IMG/VR virus record: IMGVR_UViG_3300021375_000010
DNA: 64,000 nucleotides
Source of the DNA: an uncultured virus (IMG/VR IMGVR_UViG_3300021375_000010)
Lineage: Duplodnaviria > Heunggongvirae > Uroviricota > Caudoviricetes
Reading direction: 5' to 3' (one strand)
A program made the position numbers and the translations under genes. Positions 28,939 to 38,960 of the stretch are shown piece by piece (position 1 is the stretch's first letter; each line of letters opens with the position of its first letter). The notes beneath the pieces are model-generated. The model saw only the letters and a program-made list of their open reading frames with translations, was not told the DNA's origin and searched no databases.

Positions 28939-31426
28939 ACAAGTAGACCAATACAGTACTATAGAAACATTCAGACAAGTCTTCAATGAAGTATCTTCGG
29001 ATATGGGAGACACAAGTGGTCTGAGAACAGAGAGTCAAGAAACTCTTGTCGATGCAGTTAATAGTATTGAAGATAAAGCATTCTTTTTCCAAGAATATCG
29101 CTTCGTTGCAACAGCAGGTCAAACCACGTTTAGTGGTAATGATGTTGCAAATCACGAGTTAGAATTTAAAGCTAATAGAGTTCAAGTGTATGTCAATGGT
29201 ATACAAAAGAACTTTTCTAGTGAATATTCTATCGGTGGATTTGGTATACTTAACGCAACTACTTACAATTCAATCCAGTTACAGTCTGCTGCTTCAGTCG
29301 GCGATGAAGTAACCGTTTTCTCATTCACAGGTTCATACTTAGGAACAGATGCCGCTGGTTCAACAACAGGTTTTTGGTCTACCACTGCTACAGGTGATAT
29401 CTATAATAATAACTCAAAAGGTGTTATCATTAACGGTGAGGTTGACCCTAGGGTAACCTCTCGTGAAAGTTCTGATATCAAAATTCAGTTAGAAGGTAAG
29501 ACAAAAATCAATGGTGATGTAACCGTCCATACTGGAGGTACATTAACATCTCCAACACTTACAGATGGTAGTGGTGCTACAATTACTGGTGGTGATTACG
29601 CTGGTATTGATGCAACACTTACTGGAGACTTGAGTGTCGGCGATGCTGGTACGTTTGGTGGTACACTTGGTGTCACAGGTAATACAACAGTTGGAGGCAC
29701 ATTTGGTGTTCAAGGTGCTTCAACATTATCTAGTTCATTAGATGTAACTGGTATAACAAATTTAAACAACACGACAGAATCTTCAAGTATTTCAACAGGT
29801 GCTTTGATTGTTGATGGTGGTGTTGGAATCAAAAAGAAATTATTTGTCGGTGGGAATGCCGACTTTGCTGCAAATCTACAAGTAGATGGTAACTCAGTAT
29901 TAAGTGGAAGTGTTAACATTGATGGTGCTACAGATATCGATTCGACACTAGACGTTCTTAATAACACAACATTACGAGCAGATTTAAGTGTTGCTGGTAA
30001 TACATCAATGACAGGAACGCTGGATGTTGATGGTGCTACAACACTAGACGGTACTACAATCGATGGTGATTTAGACCTTAACGGTAGTGCAAACATCTCT
30101 ACTAACGCATTAATAGGCGGAACTTTAGGAGTTACAGGCGCTACAACATTATCAAGTACATTAGGAGTTACAGGCGCTGCAACATTATCAAGTACATTGG
30201 GTGTTACAGGAAACACAACTGTAGGTGGAACTCTAGGAGTTACAGGAAACACAACTGTAGGTGGAACTCTAGGAGTTACAGGAGATACATCTTTAAGTAA
30301 TGCATCCTTGAGCGGTACACTTGGTGTTACAGGTGCTACAACATTATCAAACATACTAGACGTAACTGGTGTAACAAATTTAAACAACACTACACAATCT
30401 TCATCTTTGTCAAGTGGTGCTTTGATTGTTGATGGTGGTGTTGCAATCGCAAAGAATTTAAATGTTGGTGGTAACATTACTGCTACTGGAAGTATTACTG
30501 CAAACGGTGACATAACACTAGGTGATGCAGACACAGACAATATTGTTTTTGGTGCTGATGTTGATTCAGATATCATGCCAGATGATAATAATACATATGA
30601 TTTAGGTTCAGATACTAAGAAGTGGGCGAAAGTCTACTCAACAAATTTCTATGGTGAATTGAACGGAAACGCTTCAACAGCGACAACTTTAGCAACTGCA
30701 AGAACTCTTGGTGGTGTATCTTTTGATGGTAGTGCAAATATCAATTTGCCTGGCGTAAACGCTCAAGGTAATCAAGACACTACTGGTAACGCAGCTACTG
30801 CTACAGCATTGGAAACTGCAAGAAATATTGGTGGAGTGTCATTCGATGGTACACAAGCTATTAACCTTCCTGGCGTAAACACTACAGGTAATCAAGATAC
30901 AAGCGGTAATGCAGCCACAGCAACTACACTTGCTACTGCAAGAAGTATTTCAGGTCAATCATTCGATGGTAGTGCAAATATTACACTTAAAACTTCAGGG
31001 ATAACAGAAGAAACCAATCTGTACTTTACAAACGCAAGAGCAGATGCCAGAGCAGACGGAAGAATTGGTGCTGCTAGTATAGAAGACCTAAGTAATGTTT
31101 CTGCTGGTGCAGGCAATGGTCAGGTACTAGTGTGGAGTGGTTCTTCTTGGGTGCCAGGCGACCAAAGTACAACTACAAGTTCTGTACAAGAGACCAGCGA
31201 CTTTGTATATTTCACAGACAATAGAGTTGCAGACACATTAAAGGTCTCAAACGGAACACCTACATATAATAATGGTATTAAATTATCATATAACGATAAC
31301 GCTGATGGTGGTGACAATACCACTACCGATGGGAGAATAGATTTGGCATTAGATTATGAAATAACAAGTAGCGCACCTACAGCAGTCGGAAGTACTAGTA
31401 GTGGTCATCTATGGTTTGTGATATGA
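28931..31426 (+). CDS. Tail fibre / appendage protein with beta-repeat shaft
   Basis: TLGVTG 12-aa repeats; NA.TAT.L.TAR.I.G.SFDG repeats; C-terminal SSAPT...GHLWFV. Confidence 0.75.
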   Translation: MAKQVDQYSTIETFRQVFNEVSSDMGDTSGLRTESQETLVDAVNSIEDKAFFFQEYRFVATAGQTTFSGNDVANHELEFKANRVQVYVNGIQKNFSSEYSIGGFGILNATTYNSIQLQSAASVGDEVTVFSFTGSYLGTDAAGSTTGFWSTTATGDIYNNNSKGVIINGEVDPRVTSRESSDIKIQLEGKTKINGDVTVHTGGTLTSPTLTDGSGATITGGDYAGIDATLTGDLSVGDAGTFGGTLGVTGNTTVGGTFGVQGASTLSSSLDVTGITNLNNTTESSSISTGALIVDGGVGIKKKLFVGGNADFAANLQVDGNSVLSGSVNIDGATDIDSTLDVLNNTTLRADLSVAGNTSMTGTLDVDGATTLDGTTIDGDLDLNGSANISTNALIGGTLGVTGATTLSSTLGVTGAATLSSTLGVTGNTTVGGTLGVTGNTTVGGTLGVTGDTSLSNASLSGTLGVTGATTLSNILDVTGVTNLNNTTQSSSLSSGALIVDGGVAIAKNLNVGGNITATGSITANGDITLGDADTDNIVFGADVDSDIMPDDNNTYDLGSDTKKWAKVYSTNFYGELNGNASTATTLATARTLGGVSFDGSANINLPGVNAQGNQDTTGNAATATALETARNIGGVSFDGTQAINLPGVNTTGNQDTSGNAATATTLATARSISGQSFDGSANITLKTSGITEETNLYFTNARADARADGRIGAASIEDLSNVSAGAGNGQVLVWSGSSWVPGDQSTTTSSVQETSDFVYFTDNRVADTLKVSNGTPTYNNGIKLSYNDNADGGDNTTTDGRIDLALDYEITSSAPTAVGSTSSGHLWFVI
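30122..30345 (+). repeat. 36-nt-period coding repeats (TLGVTGxTTxxx)
   Basis: Successive GGAGTTACAGG/GGTGTTACAGG copies mostly 36 nt apart. Confidence 0.75.
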
Positions 31427-31427
31427 T

Positions 31428-33038
31428 ATGGCAGATGAAATTTATATAAACATTGGCTCTACGATACAACAACCGTATCAAGGACAAGCTATTGCAACTG
31501 GTACAGCACCAATCATAAGACAACGTATAGCTCGTCAGCCTGCCAATCAACAAGTACCCTTTACATATTCTAATAGAAGTCCATTCACCTATGCTAGACA
31601 GGGTCGAACGCCAGCACCATATAATCATCAAGTTCCTGCTACATATGTTGGACAAGGTAGACAACCCTCTACTTATGTAAATCAACAACCTAGTACGTAT
31701 AGAAATCCAGTGAATGGTCAACAACCATATATCGCTAGCGCTAGACAACCGAGTACGTATCAAAATCAGATTCAAACACCTTATATTGCTAATGCAAGGC
31801 AACCTAGTATCTATAACCTACAGGGTAATATTCCGTATCAGAATCCTGTTATTGCACAACAACCTTATCAAAACCAAGTTAATAAACAGATACCGTTTAC
31901 GTATACCAATCAAACAACGTATCAGTATACTGCTAATGCCCAGCAACCGTATCCGTACATTGCTAATGGACAATATGTAGCACAAACACAACAACCTTAT
32001 ACATATCCGTACATTGCAAATAGACAAAACACTGCTCAACAACCAGCGTCTTACAGACATCCTGTAATTGCAAATAGACAAACTACGATTGATAATGCTA
32101 ATCCTTCAATTGCAAGTAGACAAACAGCGGTGAATGCTACATATCAAGTTATTGCACAACAACCAGCAATACAAGAATACACATATCAAGCAAACGCCCA
32201 GGCGAGTGTGCAAGCTCAATCACCTTATATTGCTCAGGTGCAAGCTAATTATGGGTTTAGACAACCAGCATCATATCAGTTCACTACACAAGCAATTGCT
32301 CAAAGACCAGTGATATATACAGCGACTGGTAATTACCAAGCAAGTTATCAAACCCAATTACAACAACCTTACATATATCAACAACCAAATCAGGTTCCTG
32401 CTTCAGGACAAAACCAATTAGCAGTCTCATATAATTATCCCGACCCTATAATTGGAGAATATTTCCATGGTACAGGAAATTTCCAAAGTTATTCGTATGG
32501 GGGACTAGTCGGAACAGACCTATATGCCGCTATGGGTGCCCCACTTGGGACATACTATGCTCCAGCAGGTGTTGATGGTAATACTAACAGTGGTTCCCCT
32601 CAAAATGGCGCAACAGGTGCTTACTTACCGCCGACCGTTGGCGTACCCGCTCAGGCGCTAGCGGGTCAAGCGACACCAGGCGTATCACCAACTTGGAAGA
32701 CAACTCAAAGAATGGGTGGAACAATGCCTTGGACTGGATTGTACTCACATGACCCATCTGTGAATAATCATATACAATTAAAACCAAGTCAACCTATGAG
32801 ATTAAATGCTACTGGTCAGTGGAATAGGATAGAATATGCTTACTGGAGTTATAGCTCCAATACATGGAATCATATCGGTGGAATACCAGTAATATATATG
32901 CAAGCAGTCAATGTCCAAGGCCCAACTCAAGGAATATATGATATTCAAGGGGTGAATTGGATTGTTGGTGGAGGACTACCATCATCTGTTCAAGGTTACA
33001 CAGTATTGAATGCCCCTAAACGATTGAGGTTCTATTAA
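31428..33038 (+). CDS. Q/P/Y repeat protein A1 with C-terminal globular domain
   Basis: About 330 aa of degenerate QQPY/RQPSTY/PFTY units, then about 190 aa non-repetitive. Confidence 0.8.
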   Translation: MADEIYINIGSTIQQPYQGQAIATGTAPIIRQRIARQPANQQVPFTYSNRSPFTYARQGRTPAPYNHQVPATYVGQGRQPSTYVNQQPSTYRNPVNGQQPYIASARQPSTYQNQIQTPYIANARQPSIYNLQGNIPYQNPVIAQQPYQNQVNKQIPFTYTNQTTYQYTANAQQPYPYIANGQYVAQTQQPYTYPYIANRQNTAQQPASYRHPVIANRQTTIDNANPSIASRQTAVNATYQVIAQQPAIQEYTYQANAQASVQAQSPYIAQVQANYGFRQPASYQFTTQAIAQRPVIYTATGNYQASYQTQLQQPYIYQQPNQVPASGQNQLAVSYNYPDPIIGEYFHGTGNFQSYSYGGLVGTDLYAAMGAPLGTYYAPAGVDGNTNSGSPQNGATGAYLPPTVGVPAQALAGQATPGVSPTWKTTQRMGGTMPWTGLYSHDPSVNNHIQLKPSQPMRLNATGQWNRIEYAYWSYSSNTWNHIGGIPVIYMQAVNVQGPTQGIYDIQGVNWIVGGGLPSSVQGYTVLNAPKRLRFY

Positions 33039-33039
33039 G

Positions 33040-34158
33040 ATGGCTATAGGATTTACACAACAAAATAACCCTTTCACATTCCAACAAACGTTGAATGTGG
33101 AAACTGAAGGGCAAAGACCTGTACCTGCTATAGCACAACAACCAGCTACGTATTCATATCCTGCTATCGGACAGCAAGATTATCAGGTTACGTATCAACA
33201 CCCTGCTAGTTATAGGACACCTGTTATCGGTACTTACCCATATACTACAAATGCTCAAGCACAGACGACTTATCAGAGTCCATTTACATATTCTAGAACT
33301 GCACAAAAAGAAATACAGGTATCTATACAACAAAATGCTCCGTATATAAACCAACAACCTTCTACGTATCAGCTTCAGAGTCCGACTACTTCACAGCAAC
33401 CGTCTACTTATCAACATAGACAACCTGCTATATATCAAGTTGCATATCAACACCCGACAACGTATTCTAGACAAGGTGTTGCACAAACACAGGTGTCTTA
33501 TAGACATCCATTCACATATGCACGACAAGGACAAACCCCGTTTACATATACTAGAGAAGCTAGACAACCTTATATTGCTAATGCTAGACAACCTACTACA
33601 TACCCTGTAATATCAGATAGGAATTATAATCATCAACAACCAGCGATACAAACGTATCCATTTACTGCTGATGCACAGACACCGTTCACCTATCAACATA
33701 GACAACCTAGTACTGCAGTTGCTAATGCACAAACACCGTTTACGTATCAGAATAGGAGTCCATTTACATATAGGAATCCTGTAAATGCACAGACACCTTA
33801 CATTGCTAATGCACAGACACCTTACATTTTACAGAGGGCATATAACACCCCTGTTATTAGGATAACACAACAACCTTATCCGTATATTGCGAATGCACAA
33901 CAACCTTATATTGCTAATGCTAGACAACCCACTACATACCAAGTTACATATCAAGTTGCATACCAAGTACAGCAACCTTACATATACCAACAAGATTATA
34001 GTACAACTAGAAGTATTGGGCCGATCGCTAAAGTTAAAGGGATATATGTAAATGATGGAAACCAAATAAAGAAACTAGATAAAGTGTATGTCAATGATAG
34101 TGGCACTGTAGAGAAGATTCACCAATCTGTTCCAACTGCACAGTTTAGTAAAACATAA
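33040..34158 (+). CDS. Q/P/Y repeat protein B1 (mirror partner of A1)
   Basis: Same repeat units; C-terminal KVKGIYVNDG..LDKVYVNDSG motif. Confidence 0.8.
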   Translation: MAIGFTQQNNPFTFQQTLNVETEGQRPVPAIAQQPATYSYPAIGQQDYQVTYQHPASYRTPVIGTYPYTTNAQAQTTYQSPFTYSRTAQKEIQVSIQQNAPYINQQPSTYQLQSPTTSQQPSTYQHRQPAIYQVAYQHPTTYSRQGVAQTQVSYRHPFTYARQGQTPFTYTREARQPYIANARQPTTYPVISDRNYNHQQPAIQTYPFTADAQTPFTYQHRQPSTAVANAQTPFTYQNRSPFTYRNPVNAQTPYIANAQTPYILQRAYNTPVIRITQQPYPYIANAQQPYIANARQPTTYQVTYQVAYQVQQPYIYQQDYSTTRSIGPIAKVKGIYVNDGNQIKKLDKVYVNDSGTVEKIHQSVPTAQFSKT

Positions 34159-34163
34159 AAAGG

Positions 34164-34171
34164 TATAAATA
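34164..34171 (+). promoter_or_regulatory. Late promoter TATAAATA
   Basis: Exact consensus. Confidence 0.7.
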
Positions 34172-34176
34172 GTTAA

Positions 34177-34509
34177 ATGGCCATAATTGCAAATATATTC
34201 ATAGACCAAGGCGCTGACTTTCAGATTACTGTTGACGTTACAGATGTTAACGGTGCAGTTTTGAATATGTCAGGGTATACTGCAACAGGACAAATTCGAA
34301 AAACTTATGAATCTAGTACAGTAGCAGCAACATTTACTTGTACTGTAACAGAGGCCTCAGGACAGGTCACTATGTCACTCACCGACGCTGTAACAGCAGC
34401 TATGAGTCCAGGCAGGTATGTTTATGACTTGGTCACAACTGATGGTAGTGGTCTCAAGACACGTGTTGTTGAGGGACAAGCTATAATTACGCCGGGAGTT
34501 ACAAGATGA
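34177..34509 (+). CDS. Virion structural/adaptor protein (Ig-like, BppU-like)
   Basis: NIFIDQGADF..GYTATGQIRK..GRYVYD..RVVEG...PGVT. Confidence 0.7.
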   Translation: MAIIANIFIDQGADFQITVDVTDVNGAVLNMSGYTATGQIRKTYESSTVAATFTCTVTEASGQVTMSLTDAVTAAMSPGRYVYDLVTTDGSGLKTRVVEGQAIITPGVTR

Positions 34510-34760
34510 GCAATATTAAAGGAACATTAAGCAGAGTCGCAACAATAGGTGGCAGAGTACAAGGTGGAAGTAACTTACGTGCGAAACAAGTCGCAGTAGG
34601 TAACGCAGCTTCTGTAGCAGGTGGTTCAGACATCACTGCAAAATCTATCAATGAACTTGCAGACGTAGATGCAACAGAAACTGATAACGGATTGTTATCA
34701 TATGATGCAGCTTCAGACAAGTGGACTACAACTACCATCCTCGATGGTGGAACATTCTAA
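34506..34760 (+). CDS. Short fibre-associated protein ending LDGGTF
   Basis: INELADVD...GLLSYD...KW fibre motif; ATGA overlap with the upstream gene. Confidence 0.7.
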   Translation: MSNIKGTLSRVATIGGRVQGGSNLRAKQVAVGNAASVAGGSDITAKSINELADVDATETDNGLLSYDAASDKWTTTTILDGGTF

Positions 34761-34908
34761 TTGTCTAAATAAAAGACAAATCAAGGTTGTCGACAGTGAG
34801 ACAGCGACCCACATAGTGAGTGGACAGACTACATAATGATTCATATTCTAGACAACTAGAATTAACATAATTTTATTAAAAAATAACTAATTTTTTCAGG
34901 AGAAAAAA

Positions 34909-36543
34909 ATGGCAACAGTAATTCAAATTAAAAGAAGTACAGGTGTTGCGGCTCCATCTACGAGTGATTTATCAGTAGGTGAGTTGGCATATGTACAAGA
35001 TAGAGCGAATTCAGGTGCTGGTGCGAAACTATATATCGAATCAGTAGACTCAGATAACTCTACTCCACTTATTCAAGCAATTGGTGGTAAATATTATACG
35101 GATATACTAGGTGGTTCAGCTGCAACGCCTGCTAACTTTAAAGTTGGTAATGGTGCAACTGCTGGTGCAAGTGTTCAGTTAATGGAAGACAGTGATAATG
35201 GAACGAACTTCGTTGCATTAAAAGCTGCTGACACATTGGGTGCTTCGACAACCTTTACTCTACCTACAGCAGACGGTTCTGCAAACCAAGTAATTGGTAC
35301 AGATGGTAGTGGAAACTTATCATTCTTATCAACAACATCAACACTAGCAGGTGCAACGGATTCAGATATTTCATCTCCAACAGGCGGACAAATGCTTGTT
35401 CATGATGGAAGTAATTCATTCGATAACGTATCAATGAGTGGTGATGCAACTATGGCATCTAGTGGTGCAGTAACAATCGGAAACGATAAAGTTACAACTG
35501 CTAAGATTCTAAACGCTAATGTAACAGTAGATAAGATTAACTTCTTAGTTGACGAAGATGACATGTCATCTGATTCAGCAGTCAAAGTTCCTTCTCAGCA
35601 ATCTGTTAAAGCATATGTAGATTCAAACATCACAGCACAGGACTTAGACCTTGCTGGTGACAGTGGAAGTGGTTCAGTCGACTTAGACTCTCAGTCAATC
35701 ACATTTACTGGTGGAACTGGTGTAACAACTTCTGTTTCAGGTCAAGCAGCGACTTTCGCTATTGGTCAGGCAGTTGCAACAACATCTAACGTAACTTTCA
35801 ACAACGTAGACGTTGATGGAACACTTACATCGGATGACATCACATCTACAAACATCGCTGCTTCAGGTAACCTAACAGTTTCAGGCAACTTGACAGTAAA
35901 CGGTACTACAACAACAGTTAACTCTACAACAGTAGAAATTGATGACCCTGTATTTGAAATCGGTGAAGGAACTTCAGACGATAACTTAGACAGAGGTATT
36001 AAATTTAACTGGCACAATGGTTCAGCTGCTAAGATTGGTTTCTTTGGTATGGACGATTCAGACGGTAAGTTTAAGTTCATCCAAGATGCAACAGATACAT
36101 CTTCAGTCTTCTCAGGAAGTGTTGGTGATGCAGAATTTGGTGCATTAACAGTTGGTAGTCTTTCAACAGGTGGTAACCTTTCAGGTGCTGGTCTTGCATT
36201 AAGTGGTTCAATCACTTCTGTAGACGGTGCGGCTCCTGCTGCTGGTGAGTTATTGGTTGGTAATGGTTCTAATGGAGACATGGAACTTGCAACTCTAACT
36301 GCTGGTGAAGGTATCGATGTAACTAATGCTGACGGTGCAATAACAATCGCTGCTGAAGATGCTACAACATCTAATAAAGGTATCGCAAGCTTTGCTTCTG
36401 CTATCTTTGATGTTTCAAGTGGTGCTGTATCTATTAAAGATGCAACAGCTTCAGTAAAAGGTATTGCTTCTTTTGCTTCAAGTAACTTTACAGTATCAAG
36501 TGGTGCGGTAACAGTTACTGCTATTGACGGCGGAACATTTTAA
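34909..36543 (+). CDS. Fibre protein (IQIKRS N-terminus, IDGGTF C-terminus)
   Basis: IQIKRS..P..L.VGELAY; GNLTVNGTTTTVNST; strong SD. Confidence 0.75.
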   Translation: MATVIQIKRSTGVAAPSTSDLSVGELAYVQDRANSGAGAKLYIESVDSDNSTPLIQAIGGKYYTDILGGSAATPANFKVGNGATAGASVQLMEDSDNGTNFVALKAADTLGASTTFTLPTADGSANQVIGTDGSGNLSFLSTTSTLAGATDSDISSPTGGQMLVHDGSNSFDNVSMSGDATMASSGAVTIGNDKVTTAKILNANVTVDKINFLVDEDDMSSDSAVKVPSQQSVKAYVDSNITAQDLDLAGDSGSGSVDLDSQSITFTGGTGVTTSVSGQAATFAIGQAVATTSNVTFNNVDVDGTLTSDDITSTNIAASGNLTVSGNLTVNGTTTTVNSTTVEIDDPVFEIGEGTSDDNLDRGIKFNWHNGSAAKIGFFGMDDSDGKFKFIQDATDTSSVFSGSVGDAEFGALTVGSLSTGGNLSGAGLALSGSITSVDGAAPAAGELLVGNGSNGDMELATLTAGEGIDVTNADGAITIAAEDATTSNKGIASFASAIFDVSSGAVSIKDATASVKGIASFASSNFTVSSGAVTVTAIDGGTF

Positions 36544-36581
36544 TTAATAATCCAAATTAACCGATTCAATAGGAGAAGAAA

Positions 36582-37406
36582 ATGGCAACAGTAATCCAAT
36601 TTAAAAGAAGTTCTACTCAGAACGCATTACCAGGCGTAAGTGACCTTGCACTTGGTGAATTAGCGGTAAACACTTACCACGGTAGGTTTTACACTGAGAA
36701 GAATGATGGTTCTGCTGCTGTTGTAGAAGTTGGGTCTAACCCGACTTCTCTTACTATCAATGATGCTTTAACATTCCCAACTGCAGACGGTACAAGTGGT
36801 CAGTTATTATCAACAAATGGAAGTGGAACTTTAGGTTTCGTAAATGCACCAAGCACTGGTGTTGTAACTTTCAAATATGATATAACTGGTAACACAACCG
36901 TAATTTCAGGTTCAGATGATAATGGTGTAACACTTGCTTACACTGTTGGACTAGAACAAGTCTATCTGAATGGTGTTAAATTAGTGAGTGGTGATGACTA
37001 TGCTACAACTAGTACTTCAGTTATCACATTACAGGCGAACGCTGTGGCGGGAGATGTATTACAAGTAGTTGCACAGACTTCAATATCAAACCTTGTACAA
37101 GGTTTCTTCACGACAGTTGCTTTAACAGCAACGACTGCTGACCAAGTATTGACTTCTAACGCAAAAGCAGTAATTGCAATTAAACATGTAATTGTTGCAA
37201 CACATGCTACTGGTGGTACTCACGCTGCTGAGGTTCTTTTAATCAATGACGGTACGAATGTATACTTCGTTCAGTATGGTGATGCATACTCAGGTTCATC
37301 TCTATTCACACTTTCTAGTGATATGAATAGTAACAACATGAGATTGCTGGTAACACCTGCTAATACGAATACTACATTCAAAACGTTCCAAATTAGAATG
37401 CAATAG
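36582..37406 (+). CDS. Fibre/structural protein
   Basis: IQFKRSS..L.LGELAVN; VYLNGVKL..DY; C-terminal HDG..QYG-like domain. Confidence 0.72.
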   Translation: MATVIQFKRSSTQNALPGVSDLALGELAVNTYHGRFYTEKNDGSAAVVEVGSNPTSLTINDALTFPTADGTSGQLLSTNGSGTLGFVNAPSTGVVTFKYDITGNTTVISGSDDNGVTLAYTVGLEQVYLNGVKLVSGDDYATTSTSVITLQANAVAGDVLQVVAQTSISNLVQGFFTTVALTATTADQVLTSNAKAVIAIKHVIVATHATGGTHAAEVLLINDGTNVYFVQYGDAYSGSSLFTLSSDMNSNNMRLLVTPANTNTTFKTFQIRMQ

Positions 37407-37419
37407 GGAGGCATAAGAA

Positions 37420-37830
37420 ATGGCTAAAACAAGAGGTTTCGAACTTGCCGAGTTAATCCGTGGTATACAGTTTGATGTCAGTAATGATGTTATTACTACT
37501 ACAAAGGATATTCGTTCTAATGGACATACACAGGGTGGTTCTACCACTACTGCAGTAACAGAGGTTGCACTCGATACATTTGCTCACGCAACGTATAGAG
37601 CTGCAAGATATGTTGTTGCTATGTCCCAAGGGTCAGAGTTTCACTCTACTGAAATTGTCGTAGTACATGACGGTTCAGCAGTGACTCTAACTCAATATGG
37701 AACATTGAAATCATCTAACCTTGCATCGTTTGATGCTGACATTAGTGGTTCAGATGTAAGATTAAAAGTAACTCCAGCAAGTGGTTCATCTACAGTTATC
37801 AAATTTGATAGGACAACGGTAGACGCTTAA
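37420..37830 (+). CDS. Structural protein (YRAARY..HSTEI.VVHDG..QYG domain)
   Basis: Paralogous to the C-termini of the 36582 and 37903 proteins. Confidence 0.72.
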   Translation: MAKTRGFELAELIRGIQFDVSNDVITTTKDIRSNGHTQGGSTTTAVTEVALDTFAHATYRAARYVVAMSQGSEFHSTEIVVVHDGSAVTLTQYGTLKSSNLASFDADISGSDVRLKVTPASGSSTVIKFDRTTVDA

Positions 37831-37850
37831 TTATTAAAAAAACTATTTTT

Positions 37851-37876
37851 AGGGGACTTTTCAGTCCCCTTTTTTT
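37851..37876 (+). terminator. Rho-independent terminator
   Basis: AGGGGACT-TTTC-AGTCCCCT followed by a T run. Confidence 0.8.
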
Positions 37877-37889
37877 AACTCTCATAATG

Positions 37890-37897
37890 TATAAATA
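37890..37897 (+). promoter_or_regulatory. Late promoter TATAAATA
   Basis: Exact consensus just after the terminator. Confidence 0.7.
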
Positions 37898-37902
37898 GTA
37901 TC

Positions 37903-38646
37903 ATGGCAACGAAATCAAAGTTCTACACAGACCTAGGGATAGCATCCCAAGATAACTCGACAGTAGATGGTGACTTAACAGTCACTGGCAATCTAACTGT
38001 TTCGGGTACTAGTTTTACAATTGATTCAACAACAGTTTCTGTTACAGATTCTATGTTTGAACTTGCAAGTGGAAACACTTCAAGTGACTTAATCGATATT
38101 GGTCTCTATGGAAACTATGATGATGGATTGTCAGATGGCGCAACTGAATATACTGGTTTATTCAGAGATGCTTCCGACTCAACATGGAAGTTGTTTGACG
38201 GATTAGAATTAGAACCAGGCAATACTGTTGACGCTACTGGTTCAGGATTTGCATTTGCAGATTTTAAAGCTGGTGATATAGAGGCGACAGGTCAGCTGAC
38301 AGCAGTTGGGCCACTGAGTTTAGGCAATCTAAGAGTAGATGCTAATGATTCAGTCACTACAACTTCAACAACTGAAGCTACATTAGATACGTTTTCACTA
38401 CTAGCATATAGAAGTGGTAAGTACCATGTACAAGCATCTAGTGGTAGTAATTATCATGCTACAGAAGTGATGGTAATCCATGATGGAACCAATGCTTACT
38501 TCTCACAGTATGGTGATATAACAACAGGAAGTTCCCTTTTCACACTTTCTGTTGACACTTCATCGGGTAGTGTTAGACTTAGAGTCACCCCCGCTTCAGC
38601 GACTTCAACAGTATTTAAATTTAGTAGAAATATTTTAAAAGTTTAA
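37903..38646 (+). CDS. Fibre/structural protein
   Basis: GDLTVTGNLTVSGT; YTGLFRDASD; YRSGKY..HATEVMVIHDG..QYG. Confidence 0.72.
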   Translation: MATKSKFYTDLGIASQDNSTVDGDLTVTGNLTVSGTSFTIDSTTVSVTDSMFELASGNTSSDLIDIGLYGNYDDGLSDGATEYTGLFRDASDSTWKLFDGLELEPGNTVDATGSGFAFADFKAGDIEATGQLTAVGPLSLGNLRVDANDSVTTTSTTEATLDTFSLLAYRSGKYHVQASSGSNYHATEVMVIHDGTNAYFSQYGDITTGSSLFTLSVDTSSGSVRLRVTPASATSTVFKFSRNILKV

Positions 38647-38729
38647 CCCGATTCCCCCTGTTATGAACACTCCAATGTTCTAAATACAGTAGTAAGAAAT
38701 CACATTTAACGTACAGGACACACGCAAAA

Positions 38730-38960
38730 ATGGCAACACAAAATAAATTTGTAGTAGAGTACGGAGTCAGTGTTGGAACCACCGAAGTAATTAATTCATC
38801 AGGAAAAATCGTTGCAGCTGCAATTTCAGATTTAACAACTGATAATCTTTCCGAAGGTTCCGCTAAGTACTACGCAAACTCTTTAGTAGACACACACATG
38901 TCGGATGCATCGACATCTAAGACACTGAATAATGTTCAGATTGACGGAGGAACTATCTAA
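38730..38960 (+). CDS. Short fibre-associated protein ending IDGGTI
   Basis: N-terminus paralogous to the 38960 protein; TTDNLSEG motif. Confidence 0.7.
   Translation: MATQNKFVVEYGVSVGTTEVINSSGKIVAAAISDLTTDNLSEGSAKYYANSLVDTHMSDASTSKTLNNVQIDGGTI

Noticed and set aside
29710..30576. 288-aa minus-strand ORF, and similar ones within 34.9-40.8 kb
   Set aside because: Antisense to Gly/Thr-rich fibre repeats, which lack stop codons on the reverse strand
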